Assembly (NCBI GenBank): GCA_964016885.1
Contig: OZ024742.1
Span: 206,088,001 to 206,152,000 of the forward strand
DNA length: 64,000 bases
Direction of reading: 5' to 3'
Source of the DNA: Eledone cirrhosa
Taxonomy: Eukaryota
Shown piece by piece: positions 53,357 to 64,000 of this stretch (the first letter of the stretch is position 1; each line of letters opens with the position of its first letter). A program made the translations under genes and the position numbers. The notes beneath the pieces are model-generated. The model searched no databases, was not told the origin of the DNA, and worked only from the letters and a program-made list of their open reading frames with translations.

Positions 53357-55151
53357 ATTTAGGGGCAGTTTAGGTATGATACATTTTATTACTAATTATA
53401 TCTAAATGTTTCTTCTCTCTTCATAATGTATTATAAATATATATATATATATAATATAAATATACAATATATATATATAAATATACATTATATATATATA
53501 AATATACATATATATCTATATATATATATCTATATATGTATATGTGATAACGAGTTATCATTTTAGGTAATCTAGTTAGAGGTTGTGAGTACTCTGTACT
53601 GTGGATAGTTTTAACGTACGGCGTTGTTTGACTCAATACGAGGTTTCCATAGATAGTTAGTGAGTTCGCGAGAGTTCCCATGCAGGTTATTCTTAGAGTA
53701 ATAGTAGTGAAATAGTGAAGAATAACATGGTTGGCTTTACAAAAAGGCTTTTATTTATAGTATTAACAATTGTTTCATTGATCTGGTGAGTCTAAAAGCC
53801 GCTAATCACTCGAAGTTGCGTCACTCGACCTTAAATACAGTGTGTTTCTCTGATAAAATCATCGGAGTATTCTGATACACACACTTATCTTACTTTCATA
53901 TTTAAATAAAAAATTGTGTAAAAATTGTGTAAAAATTTAGTCAGTTATTATGTGTATAAATACATACAGTTTGGGATATTAATTTTCACATTTGCAAAAG
54001 TTTATTTTGTGTGTGGATGTGTGTATGAGTGTGTGTGTATGCATGTGGATCAAATAGTAAAGGTGAGTATATACCTGAGTGTGTATTTGTTTGAATTTGT
54101 ATATACTGTGTGTGTATGTATGTTGTGTGTTCATGTGTATTGTTTATTGTGAGTATGTATGGGGGGGGTGAATAAAATATTAAAGGTGAATATATATGTG
54201 TGTGCGTATTTGCATGTGTGTGTAAGTGGTATGTGTGAGAGTGTCCATTGTGCATCTATGTCTGTGCTGTGATCTGTGTGTGTGTTTGCATGTATGAGTG
54301 TGTTGTGTGTTATGTATGTGAGTAATGAAATACCTATCAAATATGACAAAGCAGGCTGCTGGCACAGTGAAGGCAATAAAAAAAAAAGAATTAAAATACT
54401 TTCAGCAGAATTCCTGTAAGTTAAACCTTTCAGATTTAAGGGAAATGCACACATTTTCAGATATACAATGAATTAATTCATGTTCGAATATGGTGAAACA
54501 TATCACAAAAGGAGAAAATAAAACAGGTATATTTATTCCATCTTCAGCTTACTCCACACCTTTCTACCTTCTTTCACATAGAATATACATACATTTTTTT
54601 TTTCACTTCTTCCTCTTTCACAAATTTCAAGCTATTTTTTCTCCCCTAAATCTTTATCCCTTATTTATACACATTAATTATGTGTATCGAGTGGTGTGTA
54701 CATGCATGTAAATACGCAGCTGTGTGTGTGTGTGCAAATAGAAATCTTCTTTTCTCTCTCTTCTTCTCCATCTACTTCAGTTTTTCATTCATCCTTCCTA
54801 ATTTCCTCACTTGTTTTTCTAGTAGATCTTGGCTTGTATTTCTGTAACACTTACCTTTTTTTCTCTAGTCAACTTTTTAGCTCCAGTTGAATTCATTTTT
54901 TTCTAATAAACATGGCTATCAGCCTTTCCTCTGAGGTTAATTTCAAGGCAGGCAGCTTAAAGAAAAGCTCTCAATTATTTTCTAGTTTCTTATAAGTCTT
55001 CTAAAGTTTACCTTTCATATATCTTGTTGTATTAATCTATTTTTCCATCGTATTTTTACTTAATCTTTTCAGGGGAAAACATAATCTGTTTGTCTATAAT
55101 GAATTTATGTGACTTACACACACACACTCACATACACACACATACATATAA

Positions 55152-55200
<49 letters not shown>

Positions 55201-55214
55201 TATATATATATATG

Positions 55215-55481
55215 AGTGAGAAAATTTGCTCCGAACGAACTACCCGTGTCCGAAGGAACCTGCAGCCGTAGAATCAGCCAGATCCATGCAGTGATCATGT
55301 CTCGAGCTACCTGCCGGCGAAACAATTGTAACACGCAATAAACTGGGTTCAGATGCATCACTGATTTTTCGTTTTTTTAATACTATCCACACTCTACTCT
55401 GTATGAATATTGAGTGCTAATTTTGGCATACTGCCTATGGAAGCACCATAGCTGAAGCACCATAGGTACCATTATACACAA

Positions 55482-55549
<68 letters not shown>

Positions 55550-55559
55550 GTGTGTGTGT

Positions 55560-55591
<32 letters not shown>

Positions 55592-56080
55592 CTGATGGTA
55601 GCTAAGATGCTTCCATAGGTGGTATGCCAGTTGAGCACTCTATGTTCTTACAGAGCAGAGTGTGATATAATATAAAACGAAAAAATCAGTGATGCATCTG
55701 AACTCAATTTATTGTGTGTTGCAATTGTTTCGCCGGCAGACAGCTCGAGACACGATCATTGTGTGGATCTGTCTGATTCTGGATCTGCGGGTTCGTCGGA
55801 CACTTCTAATGACTTCGAATCAAATTTTCTCACTGGGGTGTTAGCGTCAAAAAACATCCCCTTCGCTCGTCCTGCTATTGGCTGTTGTTTTTCTACCTCA
55901 TCATAAATTTTGACCAACAGGTATTGTCAAACTGACCATCAGCTGTCCTTTTTTCTGCCACACTTCAATGAATCCCTGCTGGGTTTGGTAGTTCACATGT
56001 CCACGCGCGCTCACACACACATATATATATACATACACACTCACACACACACACACGCACACAATCATATAAATAAATAA
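55215..56080. repeat. two tail-to-tail copies of a PLE-terminus-like repeat
   Basis: 55215-55475 (+) and 55592-56080 (-). Homologous to about 25460-25855 and, more distantly, 37000-37250. Confidence 0.75.
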
Positions 56081-56084
56081 TCCT

Positions 56085-58726
56085 CAGGACCGCTTAAAGC
56101 AGATCTTTAGATCTAGACGACACCCACCACATAACGCACAGCTGGAAGAATTTGAGAATCGTATCATCAACATCGTCCGAAACATCAAATTCCGAAGGAA
56201 TAATACACGACATACGGATTACCTCCGGAGATTAAGCTCCACAATCAAAAGCATGGAAGAATGCCAGGATTTACTTGTGCCCTCGGACAAAACTGGTAAT
56301 GTATACATGCTTGACCGTTTTACATACAACGACTGCCTCGGGAAAGAGATTAGGAAAAATTACAGCACCAAAGGACAGGACAACCTAGATAACATTAACG
56401 TCACGACCAAAAAGAAATAATGACTGGGCTAGGATTAGATGATAGGACCGAAATATATGTACCTAGAAAACCTCGGATATCTATTAAGGACCATAAATTA
56501 GACTTTAGAACTAACATACCTGTTAGGCTAATAGCACCCTCCAAATCAGTCATAGGTAGGACCAGCAATAATATCATAGACAGGATACTACCGGTACTTA
56601 GGAACAAAACTAGGCTTAGCTTATGGACCCCCACTAAGTAGGTAATTGACTGGTTCTCGCTAATAGATAGCAAACAGCAGGTAAATTTTATTCAATTAGA
56701 CATAGCGAATTACTACGCGTCAGTACCACCTGTAATAGTGAACAAGGCCCTCATGAGCGCCATGGCCAAGTCCAACCTCACTATGGAGGAGGCTAACCTC
56801 ATAGTAGCAGCTAGAAAGACGCTGGTTAGATTCGAAGACAAGTTATGGGAGAGGAGAGACAGACCCGACAGTTTCGATATTACCATGGGTCGAGCGACTC
56901 GGCGCAGGTGACCGATCTGGTGGGGATCTATCTACTCCATAGATTAGCGGAGGAGATCCCAGGGATCGGCGGGGCGGAGGAATATACGACGCACTTTTTA
57001 CCTTCCGTTCCCTAAACCCCAGCCAGATGGAGCGTATGAGGAAGCGCATATCGAATTTTTTTAAGCAACACGGCTTATCCGTGACGATAGATCCTAGCAC
57101 TAAGACGGTGAATTTCCTGGACGTTACCCTGGAAATGAATACGGGCATCCACCGACCTTATTACAAGCCCAATGAGAACCTGCAATATGTGAACAGGCAA
57201 TCGAACCACCCAAAGTCAGTCATAGATGCAATAGTTAAAGGGGTATCTAAACGCGTATCCACCCTGTCGGCCAATGCAGAGCAGACGTCTTCAAACAGCA
57301 CGCCGACTATTATAATGAGGCACTGCGCAGGGATGGTTACACAGACAGCATAGTGTACACCACAGACAGGGAAGAGCCTAGCGCCGAGGCATGCGGATAC
57401 AGCAATAGCTGTGGCACTTCCATAGTTAGAAGAAATGACCCGGTACTAGCCTCCAAGAACACGAGTATCAGCACAGTCCACCTTAAAGACACATGACCAA
57501 CAATAGGACAGACGAAGACACACACGGGCGCTAGATCACCCAGTACACGTAGACAAAAGCCCGGCACGCACAAGACATGCGTCGCGGTAACTAGAACTAG
57601 GGACAGGGTAACGAAAGTACGGCCGTGGCACCCGCTAGAGGGAACACCCGGCCTGGTAGCAGCGGTATAGCCCCGACAACAGCACCACATAGCATTAAAG
57701 AGACTAACAGTAGAGTCGACAATACAAAACGGAATACCTTAGTAAGTGAAAGGCGTGACCATGACGCCCACAGAAGACATATAGATAGAGGCAACATAGG
57801 GGACGTAATGATGGGCGGGAAAAACCCGAGACAGACATCAGATCCAAAACACACTCACACTACTACACACACACGAAAGAACAAGACTAGATCTAAGGCC
57901 GTTACATGGTTTAACGCGCCGTATTCTAAGCATGTATGCAGCAATGTGCCAGGGCTTTTTTCCAAGCGTTAGACGAGTGCTTCCCGCCGTCAAATAGATA
58001 CCACAAGATTTTCAACCGCGACACGGTGAAGTTTTCCTTCTCCACAGCTCCTAACATGGCCGACTACATGGCCAAAACCAACGCGGTAAAGATGGGGAAC
58101 CTCGACCGTCAACCGCGGCGGCAGAATGACCGTCCATCGGAGCCTGGAGGGCCCCCTCGAACACCGGCCTTCCAACAACAACCCGGCCCTCGCGGCGGCC
58201 GCGACACCCGCGGAAAGCGACACAATCCAACGCCGGGAGGGAATGAGTGGCGGAGGAGAGACTACTGTGCCGACGGAACAACACCCTGAGAATCGGGAGA
58301 GGGCCCTAGCCGATCAAGGGCCAGGCGTCCGAAATGAACAAAATAACGACAGAACATGTAACTCCAGAGTGGGCACCCAGTGCCCCCTGCAGGAAAGATG
58401 CCTGACGAAGAGCCTGGTATATAAATGTGTGGTTAGCACGCACAATATAAAGCGCACCTACATCGGCGCAACATCCACGACCTTTAAATCGCAGATATAT
58501 AACCACACGAACTCTTTCAAGGACCGCAGTAAAAGGCACTCTACTAGGCTAGCGGACCTGGTGTGGGACTTGAAAGACAATGGCACCCCGTAAGCCCTTG
58601 ACTGGAGTATCGTTCGGTACGCGAATGCATACTCGGCTGGAAGTAGAAAGTGTAGCCTATGCCTATACGAGCCCATGGAGATAGTCAGACTGAAGGATGA
58701 TGCGGTCAACCTGAAATCGGAAATAA
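56085..58726 (+). mobile_element. Naiad-like PLE, degraded ORF
   Basis: PSDKTGN, PVRLIAPSKS, FIQLDIANYY, VNFLDVTL, SNHP, TWFNAPYS, CPLQERCL, YIGAT. Resumes at 60284 (IMMCRH). Confidence 0.88.
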
Positions 58727-60283
58727 CACCGTGTAACATATTTTTTGTTCCCCGATTCTAAGTGTCATTTCATGGTTTGTTATATCCCATTATTATTATA
58801 AAAAAACACTATTATTTAATCAGAAGTTTGGGTTTGTGGTCAGGAGTTTGATATTTCGAAATTTTCATATTTTTCAAGAAAAAACATTTAGAAAAAATTT
58901 ATCAGTTCATATAATTAAATCAACAGAGTATATATTTATTTTATTACACAAGCTTATCAAAAGCAAACAAGTAAAAACAAATAACTCTTATAAAGCAACT
59001 TATACACGTCAGAAATGACTGGATTTCCTGGATTTGCGGTTGTAGTCCAGGTCGTATTCCCGCACTAGCCCCCAGATATAGTCCCCCATCATTTTTTCAT
59101 TGTAGTGGCCCTGGTACCTCCGCTCTATCTCTTTCACATCTTGGTGGAATCGTTCGCCTTGTTCTTCTGAGTAGGCGCCCATATTGTCCTTGAATTTTTC
59201 CAGGTGAGCGTCCAGCATATGGAGTTTAAGCGACATCCTGCATCCCATGGCGCCAAAAGCCTTTATCAGATCCTGCACCAGTTTCTGGTAGTTTTCAGCT
59301 CTGTAGTTGCCCAGGAAGCCCTTAACAACTGCATTGAAACGGTTCCATGCTGTTCTCTCAATCCTATTGAGCTTATTGGAGAACTCGGTAGACTCAAACA
59401 CCGTCTTAATATGAGATCTAACAACAATTCCACCTTTGATTTTGGCCTCAGATAACTTGGGAAAGAACTCAAGAAGGTACTTAAAAGCGGCTGATTCTTG
59501 GTCGAGAGCCTTCACAAACTGCTTCATCAACCCCAACTTAATGTGCAGTGGCGGCATGAGCACAATCCTGGGATCAACCAGTGGCTCCCACATGACGTTC
59601 CGGGTCCCAACTACAAATTCTGTTCGCTACTCCCAGTTCTTTCTTTTGTAGTGATCAGAGGTGGCTCTGCCGTCTCAAAGGCTGAGGAAGCATTGGAATT
59701 TGATAAAGCTTCCTTGGAGCTGTCTATAAATAGCCGCCACTCCTTGGGCACAAACGGCACGCCAATAACGTCAAACAGTCCAGACACGTCATGGCAGAAG
59801 CAGAGGCCATCCCTAAGAGTGTAAAAGCCTGAGAAAGGTTCGTGTCGACTTCTCTGACTTGTCACCTGCACTTCCCCCTTGACCAAGTTCCACTGCTTCA
59901 TCCTGGAGACGAATGCTTAAAACACAACTTACCCTTTATTCAGGGTGCGAAAATCCAGTATCAATAAATCTCTTTAATCCACTTTTTAACAATTTTATAC
60001 TTTATTGTACTTTTATAATTTTCTTTAGGTATTACACTTTATTTTATAATTTTAATTGAACCTGAAACATATATTAAAAAATCATTTAACATAAGCAAAT
60101 TAAACTTACATACAACGTAAAATCCAGCATACAAATAATTCTAGTGAATAGCTTAGAATTTTTACAAACCCCAACTTTTTACTGTTTAATAGCATTTTTT
60201 AAAATTTATTTGGGACCTAAGCAACACAAAAAAGTGATTACAAGCCAGCAACAGAGAAAAACATTTTTTTTTGTTACTCGGTG
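58727..60283 (-). mobile_element. Chapaev3-like (CMC) DNA transposon, internally deleted
   Basis: TIRs CACCG(T/A)GTAACA, 3-bp TSD TAA. Transposase PPLHIKLGLMKQFVKAL..SLKLH..SEEQGERFHQD. Family name is from recollection of these motifs. Confidence 0.75.
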
Positions 60284-61069
60284 TAATCATGATGTGCAGA
60301 CATCAGAGAGGTGCACACTCTCCGCATGGAATCCACCGGGAAGCCCAGTCTAAAGGCATGCGGCGGGGCGCACGCCGACCAGAGCGGCGAAACGGGTTCA
60401 AGGGATCAGACACCATGACAGTATATGCCCCGTGGGGTAAACCAAAATAACCCAAGATGCATACTCGAACCTGCACGTCACCTTAGGCAAGAACATCGCC
60501 TGAGTCGGGACAGGTTGACCCGGATTCCACTGACTTTCAGTCAAATACCTTACACCTATAGGACAACATACCTCAACCACAGTGACATACTCCAGTATGG
60601 CCGGTCCATGCACACCCATGCATGTGTACTTTTTCAATCGAGAATCCATACTCTCCACATTCCTTTTTGGAACACATGTTATTTGTTCCGTATACAGCCC
60701 CAAGTGTACATCTCATACTCCTCCTTGTACTATCTCATACGCATACACGTCCCTTCTTTTTTTTTATATATCTCTGAGACGTTATATGTATATTTTTAAT
60801 ATATTTCTTTTTTATATGTGTGTATATATGTATGCGTATATGTATATATGTATGTATATATAAATATATATATATATATATGTACATGTGTATGTGTATG
60901 GATGTATGTATATGGTTATATTGTTTATATATGTGCATGTTTACAACAAGATACATCCTTTAATGTATGATGTATATTTTAGTACATTGTAGGTTTTTTT
61001 TTACATATGTGTATGTATGTGTGTGTGTGTACATATATGGATTTTCCTGTCTCAGGGAATAAGAATTTG

Positions 61070-63310
61070 TGTCCATTGGCCTTTTTATCAGGGACAAACT
61101 TATGTCATATAATTTGTATTGTTGTCATAAAATGTTGAAAATGTGTGTTGGTGTCTTGTGTGGTGATGTCGCCCCAGTTTTGCTTCCGGATCTCTTTATT
61201 GATCTTTTTCCAGTTAGCCTTGTGAAAGTTTAGGCTGGATAAATTCTCGGTGCTTCTTAATGGTTGCATCTCTACTGACTCTCAGACACCATATCCTTAG
61301 TTCTACTAAGTTATGATCCGAGAAAATCGTTGGTGCCACCTTTACAACGTGGATGAGCACCGCGTTATTTATAAAGCAGAGATCCAGGACATTCTCGCCT
61401 CTTGTTGGGAGAAGTATTGCTTGTTCCATGAAAAGCTTGTGTGTGAGGGCCTACAGGGACTCCATCTGTCTCTCGGGAGGAGGTGGCCCTCGGGCCATTT
61501 GACCTTTGGTAGGTTAAAGTCTGCCATCAGCAGAATGTTGAGACCCTGGTCCAGTTTGTCAAGGACTTCTTCCATCCTTCTGAGGCTATCCTCAAACTTA
61601 CTTTCATGACTAGGGGATTTGGGTGGCTAATATGTGACACATATTACTATTTTCAGTTGCTTCATATGTACTATCAGTATGTCACAGACTGAGTTTGAAT
61701 GTGTCAATAGTATAATGTATTTCTGCATTTGCTTGTCAGGTGTGTTTCGGTTAGTACTATGCATATTGCTTGATTGCTTATGGCTAAGTCTCTCAGGTAG
61801 GAAATTTTACTCATATTAGTGAGTTTCACCAGACCTCTGACATTCAGCAGCAGCACTGGTGTGACATTTGGTGTGTCAGTGGTGGCCACCCTGGGTCCCT
61901 TGATTGTGGTGGTCTTGAGTGCTGGTGTGAGTGACCCTGTCTCTGAAAACAATGTAGCCAGGTCAGTTGTCCCACAATTCTCTCCGCCTTTTCTAAAAAA
62001 TTCTTTTGCTCCGCTGCCGCCATCTGTATATGCACGCCTTCTCTTCTTTGTTGGGTCGGCTCGCTGGACATCAGCATACTTCTGGGGCAGCTTGCATCGG
62101 TTCTGGTTTTGGCTGAGTAGGTTGAAGTAGCTCACTTGGGGGCCTGGGGTGAGCAAACCTACAGCCTGTCCCTGTTTCCCCATGCCAGCTGGTCCTGTTC
62201 CTGAAGAATTTGCATGTTACCTGGGTTTTCTTTCTTCAGTATCTCGGCGCCTTCTGTTCTTCCCTTGGACAGTTGTCCACTAGTCCCTTTCTGCTTGGGT
62301 GTTTTCCTTCGGCTGGTGATTTCTTGTTTCACCTTTACTGCCTACCTTCTTTGACTGTGGAAGTGGGTATCTCATTGGTGGTTGTTTTCAGATCCTTCTG
62401 TGTCTCCGTAGAACCTTTGTGGTCAGTGTTTATACTTTCTTCCTTTTCTTTTTCTGTCTTCTTCCTCCCCGAGGAAGGCCATGTGTGGCACTATGAGGGC
62501 ACAGGCCCTCTCAGTTTCTCTCCTTTTCCTTTCTATTTGCGACAAAGTCCTCAGAAAGCCATACCTCTTCAAGGTCTCCACAATTATTTTGGTTGGCGGC
62601 GCCCTATCAGCCAGGCTCCATCCTTTGATCATCATCTCCAGTTCTATCTTTTTCCATTTTCGTTGGCTTCTATTTGAATTTCCTCCTATATTTCCGTGGA
62701 TGAGGACATGTCATATCATGGAGGTGGCCTTAAAGTAAGTGAGTGGTGGGTTGTGTCAGGTTTTCTTAGAAGTAAGGACAGAATCTTCCTGTATTGGTAT
62801 AGACCTGTGACTCATGAGGGAGTCATATGGGTGCCATATTGACAAGGAGCGTTTTTTAGGTCATTTTTGAAAACCTGGCAAAGACCTTTTCCTCTCTAGG
62901 CCTGAGTACAGCAGATTGCTTCCACAGAAGATAGTAAGTAAGAAAAAGGAAGTGTGAAAGAGATATAGAAGAAGAATCGTCTCCAGTACTTGTCTGGAAC
63001 TTTTTTATCAACCTCAAATGGATGAAAAGCAAGTTGATCTGAATGGGATTTGAACTGAGAGAGAGAAGAGCGAGAATGAACATCGCAAAATCCTCTATCT
63101 AATGGTCGAAGAGAAAACAATCGACAATTTCCAATTGTTAATTGTTTCGGAGTGTCTTGCTCCTTGTCAAGATTGTGTATTCTCTCATGTCTGCTATCTG
63201 CTCGAACTCCTGAGAATACATAGTATTCTCGAATATATACATCGGCTGATTAGCCTCATTTGCATACACGAATACACTTAGGCATCCACCATGTTAAGAG
63301 CGAAACCAAA
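61070..63310 (-). mobile_element. CR1/L2-group LINE 5' portion (ORF1 remnant + APE endonuclease)
   Basis: LLNVRGL, IVLTETHL, LMADFNLP, PTRGENVLDL, FSDHNLV. Boundaries approximate. Confidence 0.75.
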
Positions 63311-63313
63311 TTT

Positions 63314-63378
<65 letters not shown>

Positions 63379-63740
63379 TACTCAATGATATTAAATAAAT
63401 GGAAACTATATTTATAAAACCATATTTATTTTATTATATATATTTCTAGGGTACCAAGACAACATTGGTACGCTTTCATCAGATAAAATACAAAGTTTGT
63501 TTTATAAATAGAGACATACCCATGAAAATCATACCTTATCGGTTGGAAATTCACTGGATAGTCAGTGAATTTCCAACCGATAAGGTATGATTTTCATGGG
63601 TATGTCTCTATTTATAAAACAAACTTTGTATTTTATCTGATGAAAGCGTACCAATGTTGTCTTGGTACCCTAGAAATATATATAATAAAATAAATATGGT
63701 TTTATAAATATAGTTTTCATTTATTTAATATCATTGAATA
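63379..63740. repeat. palindrome, 178-bp arms, 6-nt spacer, hammerhead in each arm
   Basis: Arms 63379-63556 and 63563-63740. HHRs at 63427-63490 (-) and 63629-63692 (+): CTGATGA..GAAA-TATATA-TA. Confidence 0.92.
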
Positions 63741-63939
63741 TTTACTCCAGTAAACTGTTGAGTGCTCTAAATCAGTTATAAACATTTATATTTGTCGGAC
63801 TTCCAACAAATTAAATATCCCTTCTACTTATATATATACATATATATATATATAAGATTAAACAAGACAAACAGAGAGATGCAAAAACGCAGTCTTATTA
63901 GGTTCATGCTTGAAAAAGGAAACAAGAAGTAAATGAATG

Positions 63940-63975
63940 TCTCAATATATCGGACATAAGTCCTTCTTCAGGAAA
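63940..63975 (-). ncRNA. degenerate hammerhead (GAAA>GATA)
   Basis: TTTC-CTGAAGA-A-GGAC-TTAT-GTCC-GATA-TA-TT-GAGA. Same design as 567-602. Confidence 0.6.
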
Positions 63976-64000
63976 TAGCAAAGTTCAGAGAGAGAAGGTT

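Larger units (their letters stand above)
51621..53432. repeat. 591-bp unit x3 (one inverted, two tandem), retrozyme-like
   Basis: + copies are offset by exactly 591 bp. About 51621-52243 is a reverse-complement, permuted copy. No differences between copies seen by eye. Confidence 0.93.

Noticed and set aside
53757-53876. Hammerhead on - strand (CCGATGA..GAAA-CAATTG-TT)
   Set aside because: The core is mutated and the stem I strands do not pair. At most a relic.
56085-58726. Selenocysteine recoding as reported for some Naiad PLEs
   Set aside because: I saw no in-frame TGA at the conserved Cys positions of the linkers examined and identified no SECIS.

Overview
AT-rich animal DNA made almost entirely of mobile-element pieces separated by (TA)n, (CT)n and (TAA)n microsatellites. 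I found no host gene exon. The SINE and RTE 3'-end types suggest an octopod cephalopod (inference). Contents: Penelope-like elements (PLEs; Neptune-like and Naiad-like), RTE, CRE and CR1-like LINE relics, R4/Dong-type elements in (TAA)n (one with an intact 1130-aa ORF), two Helitrons, a DD37D maT transposon and a Chapaev3-like transposon. The main signal the ORF track misses is RNA structure, all folded by eye and untested. There are about 20 minimal type I hammerhead ribozyme (HHR) motifs, most with palindromic helix-III loops. Several have a covaried U3-A8 core, and one family has a conserved shortened core. A 591-bp HHR-bearing unit occurs as an apparently identical tandem dimer plus an inverted, circularly permuted copy, which looks like a retrozyme or circular-RNA product. 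Many PLE ends form fold-back palindromes followed by a shared ACTC..GAGTGCT hairpin tail. A Naiad-like element's poly-Asn (AAT)n linker served as a landing pad for three R4/Dong insertions.
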